A stretch of DNA of 64,000 nucleotides from a virus: positions 1 through 64,000 of IMG/VR virus record IMGVR_UViG_3300023179_000035. One strand, given 5' to 3'. A program made the translations under genes and the position numbers. The notes below the pieces were generated by a model that did not search any database, was not told where the DNA came from, and saw only the letters and a list, made by a program, of their open reading frames with translations. Shown here piece after piece: positions 10,563 to 20,803 of this stretch; the first letter of the stretch is position 1; each line of letters starts with the position of its first letter.

Positions 10563-11525
10563 GTGACCGTCTCCCTGACTGAGAGGCTTCGGTTCTACGA
10601 GTCGGCCTTCGGGCGCGGCCAGCTGTCTCGTGACGAGAGGAACTTCAGCGTCAGATGCCCCATCTGTGACCCGAAAGATCCCAACAAGAAGAAGCTCGTC
10701 ATCAGGACTGTAGACGACGTGACCCACTGCTGGGTGTGTGGTTTTTCCTCGAGGTCGCTAGCCCCGCTCCTCAGGAGGTTCGCCGGTCCGTCTTTACTGT
10801 CGCACTATGTCGAAAGGTTCTGCGGCGCTGCTGGGCTAGGCCTTGACGCGGCAGACAAGCCTGTCTTAAACACGCCACAAGACATGCGGCTGCTGCTGCC
10901 TGACTTCATAGGCTCTGACCCTGACGCCATCGCCACCTATCGCTACATCAGGTCCAGAGGTGTGACTGACTCCGACGTGTGGAGGCGCCGCGTCTGCTTC
11001 TCCAACACCACCCCGTGGTCCCGACGCGTCGTATTCGTGTCTCACGACGCGTCGGGCGCTGTTAACTACCTGACAGGGAGGGGAATTGACAGGAAGCAGT
11101 CGCCTCGGTACGTCAACTGCGACGCCGACCGCGTAGGCGTCGTCTTTCAGGAGGTCAGCGTAGACTGGAAGTCGCCGCTGGTCCTGTGCGAGGGGCCCTT
11201 CGACCTGCTAAAGTGCGGAGACAACGCGACCTGCATGCTGGGCTCAGAGTTGAGCGAGTCTTCCCTGCTGCTCGATAGGATAGTGACTCACGGCACGCCT
11301 GTCATACTGGCGATGGACGCCGACACGTACGACAAGAAGCGGCCACGGGTCATCAGGAAGCTACAGGAGTACGACATTGACGTTAGGATCACAGACATGG
11401 GAGCCTACCCGGACCCCGGGTCCGCCCCCACAAGCTTCATGCAAGAGTGCATAGCAAAGGCTGCCCCTGTCGACTGGTTTGGCATGTTCTCTATGCGCCT
11501 CAACTCCCTGACAGGCTCGCGGTAG
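10563..11525 (+). CDS. DNA primase (zinc finger plus TOPRIM, DnaG-like)
   Basis: CPIC...HCWVC zinc finger; VLCEGPFD and MDAD TOPRIM motifs. Confidence 0.85.
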   Translation: MTVSLTERLRFYESAFGRGQLSRDERNFSVRCPICDPKDPNKKKLVIRTVDDVTHCWVCGFSSRSLAPLLRRFAGPSLLSHYVERFCGAAGLGLDAADKPVLNTPQDMRLLLPDFIGSDPDAIATYRYIRSRGVTDSDVWRRRVCFSNTTPWSRRVVFVSHDASGAVNYLTGRGIDRKQSPRYVNCDADRVGVVFQEVSVDWKSPLVLCEGPFDLLKCGDNATCMLGSELSESSLLLDRIVTHGTPVILAMDADTYDKKRPRVIRKLQEYDIDVRITDMGAYPDPGSAPTSFMQECIAKAAPVDWFGMFSMRLNSLTGSR

Positions 11526-11570
11526 CGCCTTACGTTGCACAACGCTGCGCTCCGTAGTACCTTTACAGGA

Positions 11571-14500
11571 GTGCTAAAGATAGCCCACATTAGTGACATC
11601 CACTACAGGCCCCTGTCACGACACGCAGAGTACAGGCAGGTCTTCGAGAAGTTCGCAGAGTCTTGCTGGGAGTCGTCCGTCGACGCCATTGTCGTCACAG
11701 GAGATATATACCACTGTAAGACGACAGGCATCTCAGCTGAGTACATCGACGAGCTGTCGTGGTGGGTTCGGACACTTGCCTCTGTGGCACCGCTCCACCT
11801 GACGCTAGGCAACCATGACTTTAACATGAGCAACAAGGGGCGACAAGACGCCGTGTCCCCCATCGTGTCGTCGCTCCGAAACGATTCGACGATAGAGAAC
11901 CCTGTCAAGCTCTACAAGGACAGCGGCGTCTACCCGCTGTCCCAGGACGTCAACCTGTGCGTCTACTCTATCTTCGACGAGGACAGGTGGGGCCTCGTGG
12001 CGCCAGTCGCTGGCAAGAAGAACGTAGCAGTCTACCACGGGCCCGTCGACTCTGCTGTCACAGAGACAGGGTGGAAGATGTCTTCTAGCGTGTCTGTCGA
12101 CATGTTCAAGGACTACGACGTCTGCCTCCTCGGCGACATTCACAAGCAGCAGTTCCTCAGCTGCAGGACGGTAGGAGGCGAGCTGACCCCATGGATCGGC
12201 TACCCAGGGTCAGCCGTGCAGCAGAACTACGCTGAAGACATCGACCACGGCTACCTGCTGTGGGACATAAGGGCCAACGGCCACAGGGTCGACTTCATAA
12301 AGCTGCCCAACCCCAAGCCGTTCGTCACGGTAGGGTGGACTCCCGGGATAGCAGACATCTCTGTGCCGGAAGGGTCTCGAGTCCGTGTAAAACACACGGG
12401 CCCCCTGTCGCAGCTGGACACGAAGCTCGCTACGCAGCACTTCAGGGACAAGTGCAGAGCGTCTGAGGTGACTTTTAGCCAGGACAGCGCTGGGCTGACG
12501 AGCCACATCGCCGCGACAGCGGCCAGGGCCCGCCACGACTTCCACGATGTCACCACCCTGATGGACCTGCTGAGACGCCACGATGTGGCTCACAGCATGA
12601 CGGAGCCTGACTGGGCTGACGTGCAGCAGGCGGTGTCGCACTACGTCTCTAAGATGGTGCCTGACGAGTCAGCCGCCAGCCGCGGCGTAAAGTGGTCGCT
12701 GAAGGACCTCCGGTTTGACAACATCATGGGCTACGGTGATGGCAGCCACATCCGCTTCGGAGACTTAGGAGGCCTCGTAGGCGTATTCGGACCAAACAGG
12801 TCGGGCAAGTCGTCAGCCATCGCAGCCCTGACCTACTGCCTCTTCAACTCCTCAGACCGCGGCCCCCTCAAGAACCTCCAGTTCATCAACGTTAGGAAGC
12901 CTCACGCCTACGCCAGGGCCGTGTTGACTGTCAACCAAGAGGACTACGTGGTAGAGCGCCAGACTGTCAGGGTGCCAGGCAAGAAGGAGGAGACAGGGTC
13001 GACGTCTGTCAACCTGTTCAAGATAGTCGACGGCGAGGCTGTCGACATGAACGGCGAACAGCGGTCAGACACTGACAAGCTCATCAGGGGTCTGATAGGC
13101 TCAGTGGAGGACTTCATGATGACGTCGATGTCGACCCAGGGGGACATCGACAGGTTCATCAGGGAGGGCTCGTCACACAGGAAGCAGGTCCTGACTCGGT
13201 TCATGGACTTAGACTTCATGGACCAGCTCTTTGACCTCGCCAAGGCTGACGTCACGTCCCTTAAGGCCGAGGCAAAAGCAGCCACCCCCGCCTCACAGGA
13301 CGACCCGCAGAAAATTGAAGAGCAGAAGCGTGCAGTCCAAGCGTCGGTCGACAGCCTCAATATTCTGCGTGACAGCAGGAGGGTCGCCGCGCAGGCGGCT
13401 CGGGCGTCCCTTGAGTCGCTAGGCGCGGACGCTGCCAAGGTGTCCTCGCGCCGAGAGAAAGAGTCAAAGCTAGCTGCGCTGAGGTCGTCCCTTGCCTCCT
13501 TAGAGTCTGAGAAGGCGCAGCTGGCCTCCTCAATACTTGAGGCTGAGACGAGCGCCGCCGCCTCCGAGGCTGTCGCGTCGTCTTGCGACCCGTCTGCCGT
13601 GGCGGCTGCCCTCGAGAGGGTCATCGCTGCCAAGGAGGTCGTCTCTGCCAGGGAGAGGGAGAAGACGGCAGCCGTCACTAAGGAGTCAGCGGCCCGGTCG
13701 TCCGTCAGGGTCCTCCAAGAAGTCCCCTGCGACAACGCGTTTCCCACCTGCAAGTTCATACGGTCAGCCGTGGCCGACTCCTCTGCCCTACCTGGGATGG
13801 AGCGGGACACTGCCATCGCCACCGCCGCCCTGGAAGAGGCGACAGCAGCCTTAGCCTCCCTCAACGAGGCAGTCTACCGGGCCGAGAGCAAGAAGTATGA
13901 GGAGGCCCGGTCCTCTGTAGAGGTGTACAGGAAGAAGTCGGCAGTCCTGGGGCGACAGCTCCTTGAAGTCGAGTCAAAGGCTGCGCACGTGGCGGCCAGC
14001 GTAGAGTCTATCGTCGAAGCCATCGCTGAGCTGCCGGCCTCCCTCCCTGCTGGTTATGATGACGCGCTCGTGACTGTCAGGTCCCGTGAGGAGGAGCTGC
14101 GCTCTGTCGAAGCTGAACTCTTGAGCGCTTCCCGCCAGCTGGGTGTGCTGGACGAGAAGCTGGACAAGTCTCGTGAGGCCAGCGATCGGCTGGTTGGCGT
14201 CCTCCGACGGCTGAAGGTCCACGAGTTCATATCGCAGGCCTTCTCCAAGAAGGGCGTGCCTGCCGCTGTCCTGTCTGAGCGGCTACCTGTCATCAACCAG
14301 GAGATATCGTCAATCCTGGCCGGGGTTGTTGACTTTGGAATTGAGCTAGAGTGCGAGCCAGGGTCCTCCTCCCTGGAGGTCTACATCAACTATGGAGACT
14401 CTAGGAGGGCGATAGAGCTGTGCAGCGGCATGGAGAAGATGGTCGCCTCTCTTGCGATAAGGATAGCTCTTACCAACCTGACGACAGTCCCCAAGTCTGA

Positions 14501-14693
14501 CATCATGGTCATCGACGAGGGGTTCGGCGTCCTCGACGAGATCAACGCCGACGCAGTCAAGAAGATCCTCGTCGCGGCCAAGAAGTACTTCAAGTCTATC
14601 GTCATCATCAGCCACGTCCCGGCCATCAAGGACGTGGCAGACACAGTGCTAGAGGTGAGGAGGAATGAGAAAGACTCCAAGATTACACACTGA
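11571..14693 (+). CDS. Fused SbcD/Mre11 nuclease and SbcC/Rad50 ATPase (gp47-gp46-like)
   Basis: Phosphoesterase motifs HISDIH, TGD, GNHD, YHG, GDIH; Walker A GPNRSGKS; coiled coil; CSGME signature; VIDEGFG; ISH. GTG 11571 preferred as start, just after TTGCAC-N17-TACCTT. Confidence 0.9.
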   Translation: MLKIAHISDIHYRPLSRHAEYRQVFEKFAESCWESSVDAIVVTGDIYHCKTTGISAEYIDELSWWVRTLASVAPLHLTLGNHDFNMSNKGRQDAVSPIVSSLRNDSTIENPVKLYKDSGVYPLSQDVNLCVYSIFDEDRWGLVAPVAGKKNVAVYHGPVDSAVTETGWKMSSSVSVDMFKDYDVCLLGDIHKQQFLSCRTVGGELTPWIGYPGSAVQQNYAEDIDHGYLLWDIRANGHRVDFIKLPNPKPFVTVGWTPGIADISVPEGSRVRVKHTGPLSQLDTKLATQHFRDKCRASEVTFSQDSAGLTSHIAATAARARHDFHDVTTLMDLLRRHDVAHSMTEPDWADVQQAVSHYVSKMVPDESAASRGVKWSLKDLRFDNIMGYGDGSHIRFGDLGGLVGVFGPNRSGKSSAIAALTYCLFNSSDRGPLKNLQFINVRKPHAYARAVLTVNQEDYVVERQTVRVPGKKEETGSTSVNLFKIVDGEAVDMNGEQRSDTDKLIRGLIGSVEDFMMTSMSTQGDIDRFIREGSSHRKQVLTRFMDLDFMDQLFDLAKADVTSLKAEAKAATPASQDDPQKIEEQKRAVQASVDSLNILRDSRRVAAQAARASLESLGADAAKVSSRREKESKLAALRSSLASLESEKAQLASSILEAETSAAASEAVASSCDPSAVAAALERVIAAKEVVSAREREKTAAVTKESAARSSVRVLQEVPCDNAFPTCKFIRSAVADSSALPGMERDTAIATAALEEATAALASLNEAVYRAESKKYEEARSSVEVYRKKSAVLGRQLLEVESKAAHVAASVESIVEAIAELPASLPAGYDDALVTVRSREEELRSVEAELLSASRQLGVLDEKLDKSREASDRLVGVLRRLKVHEFISQAFSKKGVPAAVLSERLPVINQEISSILAGVVDFGIELECEPGSSSLEVYINYGDSRRAIELCSGMEKMVASLAIRIALTNLTTVPKSDIMVIDEGFGVLDEINADAVKKILVAAKKYFKSIVIISHVPAIKDVADTVLEVRRNEKDSKITH

Positions 14694-14982
14694 CGAACCG
14701 CTGCAGTGGACGTCCTACCCAGGCGATAGGTCAGCGGCGCAGCACCCGGCCGGATTCCTGGTCATAGTCCCCAAAGACTACGAGGACCCTGTGCCGCTGT
14801 TCTGCCCCGTGTGTGGCTGTTCGCAGCCTACGCAGGAGGACGTCCAGACGTGTGTCGTGGAAGGATGCTGCTCCCACTGTTTCCAGAAGTGGGGCTACTC
14901 CCACAGGGAAGAGTGGCGCCGCGGCTGGCGGCCTTCCATCACGTCGTGCGAATATAAAAAGACAGTCACGGTAGGACAATAG
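14665..14982 (+). CDS. Small Cys-rich (zinc-binding) hypothetical protein
   Basis: FCPVC...CCSHCFQKW...W..GWRP; GAGG-containing SD upstream. Confidence 0.55.
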   Translation: MRKTPRLHTDEPLQWTSYPGDRSAAQHPAGFLVIVPKDYEDPVPLFCPVCGCSQPTQEDVQTCVVEGCCSHCFQKWGYSHREEWRRGWRPSITSCEYKKTVTVGQ

Positions 14983-14990
14983 TTATCCCC

Positions 14991-15407
14991 ATGCTACGCA
15001 ATTCCTTCGAGTACTCATCAGGCACAATCAGCCCCGCCGTCGACATCAACGCCCTTGGGCAGGCTATTGACACGACTTGGGGCAGGACATCGACGCCACG
15101 TACAGCGTCCTACTCTGTCAAGACCTCTATGGTCGGTGACTTCCTACAGGTCAGCTACGCGGCTATCGTCAACTTTGCGACTGAGAGAGACATGATAGAG
15201 ATGAAGCGCGTGTATGCCACTGAGTGCAAGGCCATCATAAACGCTCACGTCAAGGGTATCAAGGCCTCATACAAGGAGCTGTCTGGTAAGACGCTGAAGC
15301 TGAAGCTGTTAGACTCGTCCGACTCTTTAGAGATAATATCCAACTCTGTCAACAACCCGAAGCGGACAGCCTACTTCCGCTGCAAGGCGATGTACCAGTT
15401 CGCCTAA
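14991..15407 (+). CDS. Hypothetical protein upstream of terminase
   Basis: 138 aa; ATAGTTA motif just upstream; TAATG overlap with terminase. Confidence 0.7.
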   Translation: MLRNSFEYSSGTISPAVDINALGQAIDTTWGRTSTPRTASYSVKTSMVGDFLQVSYAAIVNFATERDMIEMKRVYATECKAIINAHVKGIKASYKELSGKTLKLKLLDSSDSLEIISNSVNNPKRTAYFRCKAMYQFA

Positions 15408-17029
15408 TGACGCAGAAGGTACTGGCCCGAGACGAGCAGATCAAAGAGATAGTCCGCTGCGGCAAGGATCCTGTCTACTTTACGAAGAACTACGTCAAGA
15501 TACAGCACGCTGTCAAGGGCGCGATACCGTTTGAGACGTACCCGTTCCAGGACGACTGTCTCCAGCAGTTCCAGTCCAACAGGTTCAACATAATACTGAA
15601 GTCGAGGCAGCTGGGCCTGTCTACCATCTGCGCTGACTACGCCGTGTGGGACGCCATCTTCCACAAGGACAGGAACATCCTCGTCATCGCCACCAAGCTG
15701 GACACGGCCATCAACTTCATCAAGAAGGTGAAGTACATGATAGACTCCCTGCCCAAGTGGCTCCTACTGCCTCGCTACGAGCACAACAGGAGGTCTATTA
15801 GGTTCAACAACGGGTCTACCATCACTGCTATCCCGACTTCGCCCGACGCCGGTAGGTCCGAGGCCATCTCCCTGCTAATCATAGACGAGGCGGCCTGGAT
15901 CGACGACTTCGACGCCATATGGACAGGGCTGTCGCCCACTATCTCTACCGGAGGCAACGCCATACTGCTGTCGACGCCCAACGGAGTAGGCGGGCAGTAC
16001 TACAAGATTTGGACAGACGCCATGACGGGTGGTAATAACTTCAACGCCATCCAGCTGCCATGGAGGGTCCACCCAGAGCACGACGAGGAATGGTTCAAGA
16101 ACGAGACGCGTGGCCTATCGCGCCGGCAGATAGCTCAAGAGTTTGAGTGTGACTTCTTGACGTCAGGCGAGACGTTCCTCCAGCCTGAGACGATGGAACA
16201 CCTCAAGTCAAAGATAGCCCAACCCCCCGACAGGGGTGAGGACAGGAACTTGTGGATCTGGAAGCGCCCTGTATACGACCACAGGTACGTCATAGCCGCA
16301 GACGTCTCGAGGGGAGACGCCGCCGACTTCTCGGCCTTCCATGTCATAGACGTCACTACTTCAGATGTCGTCGCTGAGTACAAGGGCAAGATGCCGCCGG
16401 ACAAGTTCGCTGACCTGCTATACGCTACCGGCATGGAGTACAACAAGGCCCTACTGTGTCCAGAGAACAACACGTTTGGGTTCACGACATGCACCCGGCT
16501 GAAAGACAAGAGCTACCCGCGGCTCTTCTACATGTCGTGCAGGGGCGACCCATTCGTCTATACCCCGGCAGACCCGGAAGAGCTGCCAGGGTTCTCGACC
16601 CAGCAGCGTAGCCGAGTCCAGGTGCTGACTCACCTAGAGCAGGTGCTACGAAATGGAATGCTCTCTGTCAGCTCCCAGAGGCTCTACATGGAGCTCCAGT
16701 CATTCGTCTGGAAGGGCATGAAGGCTGCCGCCGCCAAAGACTCAAACGACGACCTGGTCATGTCGCTGGCCATCGGCGTTTGGGTCGCGATAGACAACGC
16801 CGCAGCCTCCCAGGGCGCCATGGCCATGGCTAACGCCCTGCTGCAGGCCACAGGCGTCGTCAAGAGCAACATCAGTAGCATCACGGCGGCCATTGACGCT
16901 GTGGGGCCGGTTAGGGGGCACCTAAACCCATCCAACCAAGCCGCCATGCGACGGGAGTATACACGGGCGCAGGACCCAGGTAGATACGGAATATCGCAGG
17001 CAAACGATTTTTCTTGGTTGCTAAAGTGA
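15407..17029 (+). CDS. terL: Terminase large subunit (T4 gp17-like)
   Basis: KSRQLGLST Walker A, LIIDEAAW Walker B, STPNG motif C, ADVSRG and NDDLVMS nuclease motifs. Confidence 0.95.
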   Translation: MTQKVLARDEQIKEIVRCGKDPVYFTKNYVKIQHAVKGAIPFETYPFQDDCLQQFQSNRFNIILKSRQLGLSTICADYAVWDAIFHKDRNILVIATKLDTAINFIKKVKYMIDSLPKWLLLPRYEHNRRSIRFNNGSTITAIPTSPDAGRSEAISLLIIDEAAWIDDFDAIWTGLSPTISTGGNAILLSTPNGVGGQYYKIWTDAMTGGNNFNAIQLPWRVHPEHDEEWFKNETRGLSRRQIAQEFECDFLTSGETFLQPETMEHLKSKIAQPPDRGEDRNLWIWKRPVYDHRYVIAADVSRGDAADFSAFHVIDVTTSDVVAEYKGKMPPDKFADLLYATGMEYNKALLCPENNTFGFTTCTRLKDKSYPRLFYMSCRGDPFVYTPADPEELPGFSTQQRSRVQVLTHLEQVLRNGMLSVSSQRLYMELQSFVWKGMKAAAAKDSNDDLVMSLAIGVWVAIDNAAASQGAMAMANALLQATGVVKSNISSITAAIDAVGPVRGHLNPSNQAAMRREYTRAQDPGRYGISQANDFSWLLK

Positions 17030-17058
17030 AACATAATTAGTGTGCTAGGAGACGACAC

Positions 17059-17415
17059 ATGCAGCATAGGATTACTTCGACGAGACTTCGCCAGATAATT
17101 TCAGAAGAGGTCAGGCGCTTCTTGGCCGAGGCCGACGGCGAGGCCGAGGTACCAGTAGGCAAGAAGATGGTCCAGGCGGCCCAGGGCATGGTCGAGCTAC
17201 AAGCCGCCCTCAATAAGTTTAGGGACACAAGCCCCGACGCGGCGGCGGCGGTCGACGCACAGCTGGCCGACCTAGAGTCGATACTTGGCACGAAGCTGGA
17301 GCCCCTCGCGTCGCTGGTATCACCTTCACCATCCCCCTCTAAGTTTGCAGGCCCACAGGGGCTGCATTCTCCTCCACATGAGGAAGAGGATGAAGACGAG
17401 GAAGGCGAGTATTAA
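17059..17415 (+). CDS. Small acidic protein with ITSTRLRQIISEE leader; putative head-internal protein
   Basis: ATAATTA motif and GGAG SD; shared leader motif; acidic tail. Confidence 0.65.
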   Translation: MQHRITSTRLRQIISEEVRRFLAEADGEAEVPVGKKMVQAAQGMVELQAALNKFRDTSPDAAAAVDAQLADLESILGTKLEPLASLVSPSPSPSKFAGPQGLHSPPHEEEDEDEEGEY

Positions 17416-17473
17416 CACGCAGCCACGTAGGTGATACAAACACCCAATACCAACCTTAACTAGGGGGTAGCAC

Positions 17474-20400
17474 ATGCCACAGAGAGAGTCACAAGAAAGC
17501 TTATTCAGGCGCCTCACCCGTATATTTCGGTCGGGTCCAGCTGTCCACCGCAAGGTGCGGGCTGCTGACACAGGGATAGCCGTCCCAGACAGGACAAAGT
17601 CTTCAGGGGCACTGCTCTTTCAAAAGAGCATGTCCCCGACGTACGCTACTATCACGTCAAACGCTTACAACCTGTCAGAGAGGCTGACGCGGTATCAAGA
17701 CTTCCAAGAGATGGAGTATAGTCTTGATGGTGCTACCAGGATCGCACAACCTGATGGGTACAAGACGATAGAGGAACTGGCGAAAGAGTGCTCTGAAAAC
17801 CCAGGCCACACCTTTGTCGTCTACTCCTACGACCACGAAAAGGGGAAAATTGTTCCTGCGATTGGCAAGCAGGCGAGGCAGACGTGCGTCGACCATGCCT
17901 GGAAAATTACGTTTGAAGACGGCAAATCGATCACGGCTTCAGCAGAGCACCGCCTGATGTTACGCGATGGGACGTACAAGAAAGTAGAGGACATCCAGGT
18001 TGGAGACTCTATGATGCCGTTCTACAGAAAAGACTTGTTTGAAAACTCAGCCAATGGCACTAAGGGTTACAACTGGGTCTATACGCTAGACGGCAGGTTC
18101 AAAGGCTGGACGAAGGAACACCAGCTTGTCGCCGAGTGGATGCTAGGACGCCAGCTCGTCGAAGACGAGGTCGTCCATCACATCAACTTCAACAAAAAAG
18201 ACAACCGCCCAGAGAACCTGAGGGTGATGTCAAAGTTCGACCACAACTCTTTGCACGCTGCGATAAACAACAGCTCCAAGTGGAGCGAAGAGAACACTGC
18301 GTGGGTAGAGAACTTTAAGAAGAACCACGCCGAATGGATGGCCAAGAACGCTCCGACCCGTCGCCGAGACGTGACATTTCCTAAGATAATCCAAGTAGGC
18401 GAGAAGGTCGGGTTCGATATTGGAAAAATCGCTAGCGTCCTCGACGCCTCTACCTACCTGATCCACGAGAGGCTCACCGCCAACGGCTTCTCTACTTTTG
18501 AGTCTTTCAGGAGAGCGTACGAATGCGGCAGCTTAAACGCCGGCGCAGTCGGCCAAAAGATGAGGCTGACGAGAGAAATTAGCCTAGAAGAAATAAAGCA
18601 AAAGGTGGAAGAGTCTGACACCAAACGATCTCTCGCCATCAAGCTCAACTGCACCGTCAATGTCCTAGACAAGTTCCTAGAAAGACGCGTCAACAGTTCT
18701 TGGAACCAAATCAGAAAAGAGTGCGGCCTAGGGCCGTCGAACGAGAACAGCGGAAGGCCAAAAGGAGCCAACAGGCATGGCGTCACTTTCCAAGACGTTT
18801 GCAACGTATACGAAAATGGGATAACGAGGCCAAGGCTGGCCGACAAGCTCAATGTGTCGACGTCAACTGTGACGCAAGTCCTTGCGGCTGTGGGCTTCAA
18901 AAAATACAGCGAATTTGTCGACTCTTACGCTAACCACAGGGTCGTCTCTATCGAGTACTGCGGTGAGATTCCGCTCTATGACCTGACTGTCGACGGCTAC
19001 AAGAACTTCGCGACAGACACCGTCATCTCTCACAACACCGCCGAGATCGCGTCTGCCCTCGACATCTACGCCGACGAGACTGTGGCGCAGGACGACAAGG
19101 GCAGGATACTCCACATCTACTCAGACAACCCAAAGATAAAGTCTCTCCTCGACGACCTGTTCTACAACATCCTCAACGTAGAGTTCAACCTGCGGCCCTG
19201 GGCCCGTAACCTCGTCAAGTTTGGAGACTTTTTCCTCTACAACGACGTGTCCCCCTCCGAGGGCGTCATCAACGCCTTCCCGGTGCCCGTCAACGAGATT
19301 GAGCGGGAAGAGAACTACGACAGGTCTGACCCGTCTGCTGTCAGGTTCCGATGGGTCACCCTGGGCAACAGGGTCCTTGAGAACTGGGAGGTGACGCACA
19401 TGCGCCTCCTCGGCAACGATATGTTCCTGCCCTATGGCTCTTCAGTCATCGAGCCCGCCCGCCGCATCTGGCGACAGCTCATCCTCATTGAGGACGCCAT
19501 GCTAGTGTACCGAGTCGTCAGGGCCCCTGAGAGGCGCGTATTCTATATTGATGTTGGGGGACTTCCCGCGGAGGCTGTTCCTGCATACATTGAAGACCAG
19601 AAGAAGGTCCTGAAGTCCAGCCAGGTCATCGACAGGCAGAGCGGCAGGGTAGACGTACGTTATAACCCAATGTCGGTCGAAGAAGACTACTTCCTCCCAG
19701 TGCGTGGTGGAGAGTCTGGCACCAAGATAGACACCCTTGCCGGCGGGCAGAATGCAGCCGCGGTCGAGGACGTTACTTACATCCAAAAGAAGCTGTTTGC
19801 AGCCCTTAAGATTCCGAAGGCGTACCTCGGCTATGACGAGAGCCTCTCGTCAAAGGCCACACTAGCCCAGGAGGACATAAGGTTCTCTAGGACAGTGTCA
19901 GTCATCCAGAAGACTATCATAGCAGAGCTCAACAAGCTCGCCATCATCCACCTCTACTCCCACGGGTATGACGCCGATGACCTCGTCAACTTCACCCTTA
20001 GGCTGTCTAACCCATCGACTGTGGCACAGATGCAGAAGCTGGAGCTGTGGAAGTCTAAGTTTGAGATTGCTGGCGCATCGCTAGGCGAGGGCATGGCTTC
20101 CAAGACTTTCGCCCGTAAAGAGATACTCGGCCTGACGGACGAGCAGATACAGGAGATAGACGCGCAGAGGTACCAGGAGAAGATAGTCGAGGCCCAGATT
20201 GAGGCAGCCAAGCCCGAGGAGGAGTCAGGCGGCGGCGGTGAGGGAGGCGAAGAGTCTATCAGCGACATCCTCGGTGGTGGTGAGGAGAAGGGTGGCGAAG
20301 AGGGGGAGAAGGGCGGTGGCGAGGAAGAGAAGCCAGCCGAGGAGACGCCTCCCCCTGAGAACGCCGGCGAGGACAGGGACGATGGCCTGGAGCTCCTGAC

Positions 20401-20803
20401 GTCAGACGACTCTGAGCCTGGAAACCTAGAGTTCTCTTCGGCCAAGCCAAAGGGCAGGAAGAGGCCGCCCGTCAAGGTGGCGTCAGCCTCACAGAAAGCC
20501 ATGCAGGATGCAGAGCGTCGGTCTAAGAGGCGTCGCTATGACGGTCCGGCCAAGACGCACATGCCAAACTTCTACAAGATGGCGACGTCCATCGACTCGC
20601 TGAGCGACCCACCAGACATGTCGTGGCTCAGCTCGGCTGCGAAGAATCCATTCTCCGAGGGCAGCGTCGTCAGGCCTACCCTGCCCCCCGACATCGTCAA
20701 AGCCCTCAGGGGAATGTCGGCCCGGAGCGAGCGCAGGACGGGCCTCCTGTCAGAGGACTACGAACTAGACATCACAACGAACGACGAAGGTGAGGAGACA
20801 TGA
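17474..20803 (+). CDS. Portal protein (T4 gp20-like) containing an intein
   Basis: EIASALDIYADE, LIEDAMLVYRVVRAPERRVFYIDVG, EDYFLPVRGG, LAQEDIRFSR; long acidic C-terminal tail. Confidence 0.95.
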   Translation: MPQRESQESLFRRLTRIFRSGPAVHRKVRAADTGIAVPDRTKSSGALLFQKSMSPTYATITSNAYNLSERLTRYQDFQEMEYSLDGATRIAQPDGYKTIEELAKECSENPGHTFVVYSYDHEKGKIVPAIGKQARQTCVDHAWKITFEDGKSITASAEHRLMLRDGTYKKVEDIQVGDSMMPFYRKDLFENSANGTKGYNWVYTLDGRFKGWTKEHQLVAEWMLGRQLVEDEVVHHINFNKKDNRPENLRVMSKFDHNSLHAAINNSSKWSEENTAWVENFKKNHAEWMAKNAPTRRRDVTFPKIIQVGEKVGFDIGKIASVLDASTYLIHERLTANGFSTFESFRRAYECGSLNAGAVGQKMRLTREISLEEIKQKVEESDTKRSLAIKLNCTVNVLDKFLERRVNSSWNQIRKECGLGPSNENSGRPKGANRHGVTFQDVCNVYENGITRPRLADKLNVSTSTVTQVLAAVGFKKYSEFVDSYANHRVVSIEYCGEIPLYDLTVDGYKNFATDTVISHNTAEIASALDIYADETVAQDDKGRILHIYSDNPKIKSLLDDLFYNILNVEFNLRPWARNLVKFGDFFLYNDVSPSEGVINAFPVPVNEIEREENYDRSDPSAVRFRWVTLGNRVLENWEVTHMRLLGNDMFLPYGSSVIEPARRIWRQLILIEDAMLVYRVVRAPERRVFYIDVGGLPAEAVPAYIEDQKKVLKSSQVIDRQSGRVDVRYNPMSVEEDYFLPVRGGESGTKIDTLAGGQNAAAVEDVTYIQKKLFAALKIPKAYLGYDESLSSKATLAQEDIRFSRTVSVIQKTIIAELNKLAIIHLYSHGYDADDLVNFTLRLSNPSTVAQMQKLELWKSKFEIAGASLGEGMASKTFARKEILGLTDEQIQEIDAQRYQEKIVEAQIEAAKPEEESGGGGEGGEESISDILGGGEEKGGEEGEKGGGEEEKPAEETPPPENAGEDRDDGLELLTSDDSEPGNLEFSSAKPKGRKRPPVKVASASQKAMQDAERRSKRRRYDGPAKTHMPNFYKMATSIDSLSDPPDMSWLSSAAKNPFSEGSVVRPTLPPDIVKALRGMSARSERRTGLLSEDYELDITTNDEGEET
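17720..19036 (+). mobile_element. Intein (439 aa) with HNH homing endonuclease in the portal gene
   Basis: Block A SLDGATRIA, block B ITASAEHRLM, HNH VVHHINFNKKDNRPENL, blocks F/G LYDLTVDGYKNF...ISHN followed by T; more AT-rich than the exteins. Confidence 0.93.
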
